From Escherichia phage CMS-2020a, in the sequence record CP054387.1: DNA of 64,000 bases; one strand, 5' to 3'. The number at the start of each line of letters is the position of its first letter. The stretch's first letter is position 1. The translations under genes were made by a program, and so were the position numbers. Positions 1-8,276 of this stretch are shown piece by piece. The notes beneath the pieces are model-generated. The model searched no databases. It worked only from the letters and a program-made list of their open reading frames with translations, and was not told where the DNA came from.

Positions 1-459
1 CTTTAACTTCTAGCGAATTACCTTTTCTTTCAACATCATCAATACAAACCAAATAATTATTAACAAATTTATACTCAAGAGATGACAGCAGGTTATCTGT
101 TTTGAACCCAAAAAAATCGTTCTTTCCGAAATGTATTAAAAATTTTGACAAGGAGTTGTATTTCAACCATCCCCAAAACCCATTTCTATAACGAATCATA
201 GTTCGATCCGTTTCAGATAAAATTAGTTCTTTATATTTCTTTTCATTAATTGGTGTGGCACAATGATAAAGAGCTTTTTTAATATCACCAATAGAGTTAA
301 CCCCAAACAAAGAAACATACGAATATGCATTAAAATCTAATCCTTCAGAATGCTTAGTATAAAAACTATTCCAATAATGAGTTTTACCAACGCCCCAATC
401 TCCTTTTATGACGGCAACCCGATGATCTGAAACTAGAAAATTTTTTAGAAATGATTCTA
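1..459 (-). CDS. KAP-family-like P-loop NTPase, N-terminal fragment (gene continues beyond window start)
   Basis: Absent from ORF track because there is no stop inside the window. Minus-strand ATG at 459..457 preceded by AAGGA. My translation MESIESFLKNFLVSDHRVAVIKGDWGVGKTHYW... contains Walker A GDWGVGKT and a later hhhhDD (LVCIDDVER) Walker-B-like segment. Visibly AT-rich. Confidence 0.5.
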
Positions 460-520
460 TCGATTCCATTAGTATCAATCCTTTAATTCATATATTGGGC
501 GTAACAAACGCCCAATATAA

Positions 521-880
521 TCAACCTTTCTTCATCAACTCTCGTTTGATTTCATCGGTACGCATCGTGACATCGGCAGCTGTGATCGCCTCGTTCAGTT
601 TCACGATGTCCTCGATTTCCTGCGGTGACTTCTCTGCCAGATGGAAAATAGCAGCACGAATCACATCAGAGCGGGTGAATTTCTCGAAGCGAGGGATGAA
701 CTTCATCATCTCCAGCAGTTCGAAGTATTCGTCCTCCAGTGACATTGTGCGGCTTTTAATTTTCTCTTTGCCACGAGTCGGGCGTCCCTGTGGTCTGACT
801 GGTTGGCGCAAAGGAGTTGTGTTCTTAGCCGGTGCATCAGGCTCTTTGCGCTTTGCTAGGTCACCCATTTTCATGGACAT
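521..880 (-). CDS. small partition-associated protein (ParG/RHH-like centromere-binding candidate)
   Basis: 119 aa ORF immediately downstream of and start/stop-overlapping the ParA-like gene; basic N-terminus; position typical of the small partner in type Ib partition loci. Confidence 0.4.
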   Translation of the reverse strand: MSMKMGDLAKRKEPDAPAKNTTPLRQPVRPQGRPTRGKEKIKSRTMSLEDEYFELLEMMKFIPRFEKFTRSDVIRAAIFHLAEKSPQEIEDIVKLNEAITAADVTMRTDEIKRELMKKG

Positions 881-1548
881 TATTCTTCTTCCTCCAGACT
901 CAACAGATAATCTACAAATTCTTCAAACTCGGCTTCCGCCTTTTTGTCGCGCTCGCTACCGGTCATTTCAAAGATAGAACGACCAGACTCTTCCGCATCA
1001 TCATAGACGTTGCGGTTATATAGATTGACTGGCGCAGACTCGATGCCAAACGTCTCAACAATCTCTTTAGCCGCCAGAATGCGAGACACTTGTGATGGCA
1101 AAGCCGGGCACTGGTTCATGACCGCGCGGACCTTCACTTTATCGTTTACATTGCGAACATTGTCGATAATAGGATCGATGTCACGTAAAGATTTCAAATC
1201 ACGACGCTTAGGACGCAGCGGGATAATGATAACGTCAGCCATCAGCATCGCTTGTCGCTGAATTTCGGAGTCGAAGCCACCAGCATCTACCACTACAAAC
1301 TCAGCTCTACCCTGAAGCGATTTTAGGTGCTTAATGATGTCATCCTGAACGTATGCAAAAGGAATCAGCTCAAGGTCTTCGTTCTGTCGACGGTCTTCAC
1401 ACCAGCTCGTTGTCGTGCGCTGAATATCTATATCGGTAATATAAACCTTCTTCTTCTTTTTGACTTTCAGGCAAACGGCAATTTGCTGGGCAACGGTGGA
1501 TTTGCCAGGCCCGCCCTTTGTGCCGCCAACCACAAAGATCTTGGTCAT
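880..1548 (-). CDS. ParA/ParF-type partition ATPase
   Basis: 222 aa; deviant Walker A GGTKGGPGKST near N-terminus (MTKIFVVGGTKGGPGKSTVAQ), small ParA/MinD-like size. Confidence 0.85.
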   Translation of the reverse strand: MTKIFVVGGTKGGPGKSTVAQQIAVCLKVKKKKKVYITDIDIQRTTTSWCEDRRQNEDLELIPFAYVQDDIIKHLKSLQGRAEFVVVDAGGFDSEIQRQAMLMADVIIIPLRPKRRDLKSLRDIDPIIDNVRNVNDKVKVRAVMNQCPALPSQVSRILAAKEIVETFGIESAPVNLYNRNVYDDAEESGRSIFEMTGSERDKKAEAEFEEFVDYLLSLEEEE

Positions 1549-1866
1549 TGGAGAGTTCCCTTTGCGTATATAATTATCGTCTGAAACAACTTGTTTTCTT
1601 ATATGTGATATAGCCTAAATGCCTACGGCTGCGGTGTAAAGGTTAAATGGCAGGTTGTGATTAACAATTGGCAAACATAGCTTGTATTTGTCTGTTGAAA
1701 AAAGTAACAATGACCTCTATATTACAAGTACGGTGATATGCTGTACACAATTTGATAATGCACACGTAATGGGCTATAGCCTTTTAAAGTAATTTTTGAG
1801 TCGAAAACTCAGTTTGAACAGAGGAGATTGATGGCCTTCCTACATCACGGCCATCAGGAGGAATAC

Positions 1867-2136
1867 ATGTCAGCACTAAAAAAGCAGCGCATCGATTTGA
1901 GATTAACCGATGACGATAAAAGCATCATCGAGGAAGCTGCCGCAATGTCTAACCAGAGCATTACTCAGTTTATGGTTAGCAGTGCATCTGAACGTGCCGT
2001 GAAAGTTATAGAGCAACACCGTAGACTGGTTCTGAATGAAGAATCCTGGAATCTGGTTATGGACGCTATAAGCAATCCTCCGGCACCGAACGACAAGCTG
2101 AAACGAGCTGCTGATCGTCTGAAAAGCATGGAGTAG
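1867..2136 (+). CDS. DUF1778-type antitoxin (AtaR/TacA/KacA-like) of GNAT toxin
   Basis: ORF track starts at TTG 1828; ATG at 1867 has AGGAGG 6 nt upstream; MSALKKQRIDLRLTDDDKSIIEEAA... closely resembles the AtaR/KacA antitoxin family as I recall it; stop 8 nt before toxin start. Confidence 0.8.
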   Translation: MSALKKQRIDLRLTDDDKSIIEEAAAMSNQSITQFMVSSASERAVKVIEQHRRLVLNEESWNLVMDAISNPPAPNDKLKRAADRLKSME

Positions 2137-2143
2137 TTTACTC

Positions 2144-2665
2144 GTGGATAATATAAAGATAGAAATTTTCTCTGGAGAGAAAGATTATGATTTGAATGGT
2201 TTTGATTGCGGTGAAGAATCACTAAATACCTTTTTAACCAACCACTTAAAAAGGCAGCATGAGGGAAAAATTCTTCGCGCTTATGTGCTTTGCACGAAAA
2301 AAGGCAGACCAAAAGTGTTAGGGTATTACACTTTGTCAGGTAGCTGCTTTGAAAAGGAGTCCTTACCTTCAAGAAGCCAGCAAAAGAAGGTACCTTATCG
2401 GAATGTTCCAAGTGTTACTTTGGGTAGGCTGGCTTTGGACAAGTCCCTTCAAGGTCAAGGATTTGGCTCAATGCTTGTAACACATGCAATGCGCGTTGTG
2501 TACAATGCATCTCTTGCTGTAGGCATTCATGGACTTTTCGTTGAGGCGTTAAATGACAAAGCCAAGGCGTTTTATAAAAGTTTAGACTTTATCCAGCTGG
2601 TTGGTAACAACGAGCGTTCTTTGTTCTATCCTACAAAATCTATCGAAAAATTGTTCGAAGAATAA
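2144..2665 (+). CDS. GNAT-family acetyltransferase toxin (AtaT/TacT/KacT-like)
   Basis: 173 aa, GTG start; GNAT motif A region RLALDKSLQGQGFGSMLV, C-terminal KAFYKSLDFI; directly follows DUF1778 antitoxin. Confidence 0.8.
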   Translation: MDNIKIEIFSGEKDYDLNGFDCGEESLNTFLTNHLKRQHEGKILRAYVLCTKKGRPKVLGYYTLSGSCFEKESLPSRSQQKKVPYRNVPSVTLGRLALDKSLQGQGFGSMLVTHAMRVVYNASLAVGIHGLFVEALNDKAKAFYKSLDFIQLVGNNERSLFYPTKSIEKLFEE

Positions 2666-2696
2666 TGTACTCCCCTCAAGTGAGGGGAACTTCGCA

Positions 2697-2882
2697 TCAC
2701 CAACCGCAAACTCTCTCTCCCATCGTATTGTGAAAAAGGATTTGGCGTTCGGTTTCTTCGGTCATCACATCATTATTGCTGATATAGATAGGCCCAGCTC
2801 CATCGCAGAACAATACGCTGGCGGTTTGTGGTTTAATGACGCACCCACTTATCATACAACTCACGATGAACGGCAGAAGCAT
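2697..2882 (-). CDS. o-spanin (Rz1-like outer-membrane lipoprotein) candidate
   Basis: Internal ATG at 2882..2880 of ORF 2697..2912; MLLPFIVSCMISGC has lipobox ISGC; overlaps the 3' end of the Rz-like ORF in another frame at the end of the lysis cassette. Confidence 0.45.
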   Translation of the reverse strand: MLLPFIVSCMISGCVIKPQTASVLFCDGAGPIYISNNDVMTEETERQILFHNTMGERVCGW

Positions 2883-3084
2883 CTTTCTGACGTATTTTAT
2901 TGCTCGTCTCATTCACCACTTCCACTGTGCTTTGAAGTCGTTTTCTGTCTTCCTGTTTTGCCTTCTCTTCCATTGCTCGTCGCGCCGCATTCCCGCCCAT
3001 CGTGTAAGCGCCGACAAGAACGAAAAGAACGGCAGCCAGCGTAATCAAAGCAACTTTTAGCTTTGTCATCAGGCTGCCTAGCAT
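2833..3084 (-). CDS. i-spanin (Rz-like) candidate
   Basis: 83 aa, N-terminal hydrophobic TM segment (LKVALITLAAVLFVLVGAY) then charged helical region; immediately downstream of the endolysin-like gene; unusually short for Rz. Confidence 0.4.
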   Translation of the reverse strand: MLGSLMTKLKVALITLAAVLFVLVGAYTMGGNAARRAMEEKAKQEDRKRLQSTVEVVNETSNKIRQKDASAVHRELYDKWVRH

Positions 3085-3085
3085 A

Positions 3086-3778
3086 TTAGACCATCCCTTT
3101 CTGGTGTCTTCTTACCTGCGACCAGGCAATGAATCCTGCCACAACAATAGTGGCAATACCGAAGATGATGCGTACTGTATCCCCACTAGAGATATGACCT
3201 TGTGCTTTATCCATAGCAGCGGAAACCTGCGGCATAACATCGGCCAGCTGCGCCAGACCAATACCTGCTGTAACAGTTGCGCCTGCTGTTTCTTTAGTTA
3301 CAGGAACAGCCTTCACGGTTTTCACCGGCTTAACGACTCCAGCTCGACGCAGACCTTCCTCAATAACTTCTGCCGCATACCAGGTGTTCAGCGTTTTTAG
3401 CGGACCTCGCCCATTCTCATGGCGAATGATTGCCTCAACCAAAGGTCGAAGGATGTCGTAATCATGCAGATCGATGATCATGTCTGCGGTTACACCAACG
3501 GCTTTAGACACCTCATTAATGTAGGCGTCAGTATTGTTTTCATTCGGCGGTGCCCAACGTTCAATAACTTCACGAATGGTATCGATACTTGAGCCGTCTT
3601 TTGCGCGACGTTTGTCGTGGTAGGTAATTAGAGTCACCGCCAGCGCACGAATCCCCCAAACAGGGTCTTTAAACGTGCAAAAGCGCGGTTCGTCTGGATT
3701 CGCAACCAGACCTTGCCACGGTGATCCTTTATCAAGATTACCGGGGTTATTATTACGAATGCCTCTCGGAGTCTTCAT
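3086..3778 (-). CDS. lysis-cassette protein, putative peptidoglycan hydrolase (endolysin-like) with C-terminal transmembrane segment
   Basis: ATG at 3778 with AGGAG 8 nt upstream (ORF track starts further upstream at 3805); sits between holin-like and spanin-like genes; C-terminal hydrophobic stretch IIFGIATIVVAGFIAW; catalytic family not identified. Confidence 0.4.
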   Translation of the reverse strand: MKTPRGIRNNNPGNLDKGSPWQGLVANPDEPRFCTFKDPVWGIRALAVTLITYHDKRRAKDGSSIDTIREVIERWAPPNENNTDAYINEVSKAVGVTADMIIDLHDYDILRPLVEAIIRHENGRGPLKTLNTWYAAEVIEEGLRRAGVVKPVKTVKAVPVTKETAGATVTAGIGLAQLADVMPQVSAAMDKAQGHISSGDTVRIIFGIATIVVAGFIAWSQVRRHQKGMV

Positions 3779-3791
3779 CCTTGTTCTCCTG

Positions 3792-4115
3792 TTATTGCAG
3801 TCCATTTTTTACGCCATATGCGGCTAATCCTAAAATTAGTGCGGTTATAATAAACGACGTCACTTTAGAAATAATGCCTCCAAAGAAGCCGCTTGAGATC
3901 GAATCTAACCTATTAAGTAGTTTATCCAGATTGGAATGTTGAATACTGTGTTGAGCCGGAGTCATGTCACCAAAATAGTTTTTCAACTGCTCATGAACCT
4001 CATGAACTATCTCCTCTCTGATTTCTTTTCCTAATTTACCAACAACTTCTCTGGCGACAATTTTAGCTATTCTCTCAACCTGATCATGAGTGACGCCTCC
4101 TACGTCATTAGCCAT
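3792..4115 (-). CDS. holin-like small membrane protein (candidate)
   Basis: 107 aa with a single C-terminal TM (FFGGIISKVTSFIITALILGLAAYGV); first gene of the putative lysis cassette; AT-rich upstream region. Confidence 0.3.
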   Translation of the reverse strand: MANDVGGVTHDQVERIAKIVAREVVGKLGKEIREEIVHEVHEQLKNYFGDMTPAQHSIQHSNLDKLLNRLDSISSGFFGGIISKVTSFIITALILGLAAYGVKNGLQ

Positions 4116-4212
4116 GCTTCCTCCATGAGCAATCTATTTTAATATCCCCTTACATAATTTTATGTAATTTAAATATCAACTGAAATTTAAATAATATATA
4201 ACCTTTTATATT

Positions 4213-4725
4213 TTAACTAATTTTCAAATCTTGTGTAACCCCCGTCCTTTTCATTGCCGTTATAAAGGCCGAACTAGGTGTTCCTTGCCAGTAATAGTGA
4301 AAACCGTTAATAACACTATTGTAAGTAAAAACTTGTGAGACTCCACCAACTGTTACTGTAATATTGCTTGCCCTTCCCCCTGCGATGTATAAACCCCCAG
4401 TGGGCGGTAAACCAGGAACGTAGTGAGCTTGCGTAAGCACGATCCCCACTAAACGACCTAAACCACAGCTCGAAGCACCAGCAATTGTACCTTGGTTCTT
4501 TTCAGCCAATGGCCAATCTGAACCTACAGCCCCCCAGTTTTCGACTTTATCAGGAGGATTCCCTTTATAGTAAGCGGTTGCAATTTTACAGCCCATAGAT
4601 CTTCCCACCATTTGACTCATCATAAAAGGTTTACCCAGTCCTAATTTACTACCTGCGGCGCTCATCCATTGTTCGCCCGTTTCGTTCTTGGCCGAAGAAC
4701 CGACCCATCCCGATGTTACCCCCAT
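4213..4725 (-). CDS. hypothetical Gly-rich protein between tail fibre and lysis genes
   Basis: 170 aa ORF, no recognisable motif; position suggests moron or fibre-associated protein. Confidence 0.4.
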   Translation of the reverse strand: MGVTSGWVGSSAKNETGEQWMSAAGSKLGLGKPFMMSQMVGRSMGCKIATAYYKGNPPDKVENWGAVGSDWPLAEKNQGTIAGASSCGLGRLVGIVLTQAHYVPGLPPTGGLYIAGGRASNITVTVGGVSQVFTYNSVINGFHYYWQGTPSSAFITAMKRTGVTQDLKIS

Positions 4726-4810
4726 ATCATCTCCCCTTCTGAATGCGTGGGGTGAGTATCACCCCCACAATTTAAATTCAGTAGAAACCAGAAACTCCAA
4801 CAGCTGTCGT

Positions 4811-7800
4811 TTACTTCTCCCGAAGTTCTTTAATCTCATGACGAAGTGTTTTAAAGCCCTCGACTAACAATGCAATTATGCCGTTGTAGTTAAGACACAG
4901 ACGTTTTTCACCAGATATAACGTCTGTGTCTTCAGTTACCAGTTCAGACAATGCTTTTTGTGCATCCTGAGCAATTAAACCAACTGACGTTTTCCAACTA
5001 TCATCAGAGAGTTGGATTTCATAAAGATAACCAGTAAGTGCCTCCAAACGATCTAACGCATTATCTAGCTTTACCAGATTACGCTTGTTACGCTTATCTG
5101 AGCGGATCTGAACATCATTAAATGAGCCATTTCCATTTACAGTCAAATTACCTGTTATCGTACCCCCACCGATAGGCAAAGCACCAATTTGAGCGGCACT
5201 TATACTAATATTTTTTGTTCCGTCGAAACTTACTCCATTTATAGTACGTGCTGTTTGTAGCTTAGTTGCTGATGCTGCGTTACCAGATGTATTCTGATTT
5301 CCTGACGTATTCACACCTGGAAGATTAATGTTTGCGCTACCATCAAATGATACTCCACCTATTGTTCTTGATGTTTTTAATTTAGTAGCTGTTGCAGCAT
5401 TACCTGATGTGTTCTGATTTCCAGCTTTGTTAACGCCTGGTAAATCTATATTCGCTGTACCATCAAACGATACCCCCCCTATATTTCTCGCTGTTTTCAG
5501 TTTCGTAGCCGAAACTGCATTTCCATTTGAGGCAAGGGCGCCTATCTCTGAAGCCGTTGGTTTATTTTGAGAACTGTAATTACGACGCCATGTTGGGCTA
5601 TAGTTATCGCCGTTGTATGTATAAATAAACTCACTATTAAGAACAGCACCAGATGCACCTCCAGATGTTGAAGGTGTTGTAATGCGTATAGTGTAATTAC
5701 TTGTACCGGTTGAAAACACCTCAATAACAGAACCAGCAAGAGGTATAACTCCACATCCCGTTGATGCATTTCCTATATAACAGTTACTACCATAAGACCA
5801 GCTACAACGTGTGCTCCACTGAGTTGCATCAAATGCCCCTTGTGAATTTAACCATGCGACAAATTGTGCAGTTGTCCACTCTTGAGTATTCCCCGTAGCA
5901 AGATTAGCAACATATTTTGCTGCACCTAGTTGTTTTGGCGTGATGCTTATATTCTTTGAGCCATCAAAACTGACCCCATTTATTTTTCGTGCCGTTGCAA
6001 GTTTTGTCGCCGTTGCAGCATTACCTGACGTGTTCTGATTTCCAGCTTTATTGACACCAGGTAAGTCAATATTTGCAGTGCCATTAAACGATACCCCACC
6101 TATTGTTCTTGCCGTTTGCAGTCTCGTTGCGCTCCCTGCATTACCTGTTGTACTCTGATTTCCAACCTTGTTAACGCCTGGTAAGTCAATATTTGCAGTG
6201 CCGTCAAATAACATTCCACCAATTGAACGAGGTGTTGCTAACTTAGTGGCAGAGGCAGCGTTTCCACTAGTACTCTGAGTTCCTGTTGAGTTTACACCTG
6301 GTAGATTTATATCTGATGAACCATCAAACGGTACTCCGCCAATTTTTCGTGCTGCTTTTAATTTTGTTGCAGTATCGGAATTTCCGTTAAGTGAGCCTGC
6401 AAGACCATTACTAAATGTTTGCTTTGCACTCCATGTATTGGCTGTACTCAATAAAGGTATTTTATCGCCACTTGTTCCATTTTCCTTCAATCCAAGATAC
6501 TGAATAATCGCCTGTACACTTGCTTTAGAAAGAATATCTCGACCAACAGAAGTTATTGTTGCTAATCCAGCTGTATCATTCCCTGTAAAATAAGGAAGTT
6601 TATTAGCGGCTGTTGTTAGTCCAGCCAGTGCAGTCAGCGTAGCATCAAGAGGTTGTTTTGTGGCCAACTTGTTCGTCATTGTTGTGGCAAAATCGGGATC
6701 ATCACCCAAAGCCCTTGCCAACTCATTAAGAGTATCAAGCGCTTCAGGTGATGATCCTACAAGACCTGAGATCGCTTCTCTTACATAAGCAGTTGTGGCA
6801 ATTTGCGTATTATTAGTGCCTTGAGTCGCCGTTGGTGCCGTTGGTGTGCCAGTAAATGCTGGGCTGTTGATTGCTGCTTTTCTATCAGCAAGATCCTTTA
6901 CACTTTTAACCGCTTTTGTTGTTGCGGCCAATGATTCAGAGGCGTTATTTGTATCGCTACTTAATTGAACCAGCCCTTTTTGTGAAGTTGTCGCGTCATT
7001 TGCAGTATATTTTGATTTAGCAAGATCAAACGCAGCCTTTACTGCTTTTGGTGTTGCTGCAAATTCTTCTGACGAACTGCTCGTCTCACTGCTTAATTTG
7101 ACAATACCCTTCATAGTCAAACTGGCATCATGTAATGATATCGCTGACAAAGCTCTTTCTGCTCTAGTAGCAGCTATCTCTGCACGCTCTGCCGATGCAA
7201 GTGCTGATGTTTGGCTTTGCTTTGCTTCTTCTGCTTTAGCCGCAGATTCAGCTGATTTCGATGATGCGTTACTAGCACTAGTTGAGGCTTCAGCAGACTT
7301 TCGGCTAGCTTCATCCTTCGAAGCTCTAGCAGCAGACGCATAAGTTGAAGCCTGATTAGCGGATGTCTTCGCAGACCTTGCCGACTCTCTAGCCTGATTT
7401 GCAGAAGTTGATGCACTGCCAGCACCAGAAGCAGCATTCATTTCAGATAATTTTGCAGCCTCTTTAGAGACCAACGCAGCATTAGCCGAACTTGTGGCTT
7501 CTGTTGCCTTAGTGGAAGCTGTTGATGCAGAAATTGCAGCTGCGTTCTTCGCCTCTAAAGCACTTGTTTCTGATGCTTTAGCACTTGATGCACTTTTATT
7601 TGCTGCATTTTTAGACGCTGTAGCATCCAACGCACTATTAGATGCCTGAGTAGCCTTACTGCTTGCTAGATTCGCACTCTTCGCCGCAGCCGACGCACTG
7701 GCCGCAGCCTGTTTTGCTTTATCTCCTGCGGAATTAATTGCGTTAGTATTATTTTCATACCATTCTACGTGCTTATTATGCTCCGCGATAATCTTAGAAA

Positions 7801-8182
7801 GAGGTTTTACATTAACATTAGTGCCATCTTCTCGCTCAAGAGTAACTTCATCTACGGCAGTTAACCAATTTCGAACTGTTTTTGCATCACCAGACATTCG
7901 TGATAAAAGAGCCGTAAATCTCGCACTAAACTGTGTCAAATCTCCTTCGTAGGTAGTGATGATCCTACATGGTATATCACTTTGCGTTTCACCAGTATAG
8001 TTTTCAACCAACGTTAAGGTTGTGTCATTTGTTACGCTTTTAATTTCATACAATTTATTATCAGGTGCGACGACAATCATGCCAGGCAACACACCATTGG
8101 CCGTAACGTTCCATGCTGTCCCAGCACCAACCAGAGTATTGCTGCCTTGTGTAAATGTGATAGTACCTTCCCTGTACCACAT
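4811..8182 (-). CDS. tail fibre protein with tandem fibre repeats and C-terminal S74-type intramolecular chaperone domain
   Basis: 1123 aa; ~7 tandem ~38-aa repeats (GGVSFDGTANIDLPGVNKAGNQNTSGNAATATKL...) encoded by ~115 bp DNA repeats at roughly 5.2-6.5 kb; Ala/Ser-rich coiled region; C-terminal LDNALDRLEALTGYLYEIQLSDDSWKTSVGLIAQDAQKALSELV resembles endosialidase/T5-fibre autoproteolytic chaperone. Confidence 0.85.
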   Translation of the reverse strand: MWYREGTITFTQGSNTLVGAGTAWNVTANGVLPGMIVVAPDNKLYEIKSVTNDTTLTLVENYTGETQSDIPCRIITTYEGDLTQFSARFTALLSRMSGDAKTVRNWLTAVDEVTLEREDGTNVNVKPLSKIIAEHNKHVEWYENNTNAINSAGDKAKQAAASASAAAKSANLASSKATQASNSALDATASKNAANKSASSAKASETSALEAKNAAAISASTASTKATEATSSANAALVSKEAAKLSEMNAASGAGSASTSANQARESARSAKTSANQASTYASAARASKDEASRKSAEASTSASNASSKSAESAAKAEEAKQSQTSALASAERAEIAATRAERALSAISLHDASLTMKGIVKLSSETSSSSEEFAATPKAVKAAFDLAKSKYTANDATTSQKGLVQLSSDTNNASESLAATTKAVKSVKDLADRKAAINSPAFTGTPTAPTATQGTNNTQIATTAYVREAISGLVGSSPEALDTLNELARALGDDPDFATTMTNKLATKQPLDATLTALAGLTTAANKLPYFTGNDTAGLATITSVGRDILSKASVQAIIQYLGLKENGTSGDKIPLLSTANTWSAKQTFSNGLAGSLNGNSDTATKLKAARKIGGVPFDGSSDINLPGVNSTGTQSTSGNAASATKLATPRSIGGMLFDGTANIDLPGVNKVGNQSTTGNAGSATRLQTARTIGGVSFNGTANIDLPGVNKAGNQNTSGNAATATKLATARKINGVSFDGSKNISITPKQLGAAKYVANLATGNTQEWTTAQFVAWLNSQGAFDATQWSTRCSWSYGSNCYIGNASTGCGVIPLAGSVIEVFSTGTSNYTIRITTPSTSGGASGAVLNSEFIYTYNGDNYSPTWRRNYSSQNKPTASEIGALASNGNAVSATKLKTARNIGGVSFDGTANIDLPGVNKAGNQNTSGNAATATKLKTSRTIGGVSFDGSANINLPGVNTSGNQNTSGNAASATKLQTARTINGVSFDGTKNISISAAQIGALPIGGGTITGNLTVNGNGSFNDVQIRSDKRNKRNLVKLDNALDRLEALTGYLYEIQLSDDSWKTSVGLIAQDAQKALSELVTEDTDVISGEKRLCLNYNGIIALLVEGFKTLRHEIKELREK

Positions 8183-8276
8183 GTTGAATCTGCTCCTTTA
8201 ATCAGGTGGGCTATCCTTGCCCACCATTAAGTATGTAACTACCTATTATTATCGATAAAAATATTTTTTTCCATAA

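Noticed and set aside
495-977. Plus-strand 160-aa ORF overlapping the partition genes
   Set aside because: Antisense to two well-supported minus-strand genes (ParA-like and partner); low-complexity translation with no motif.
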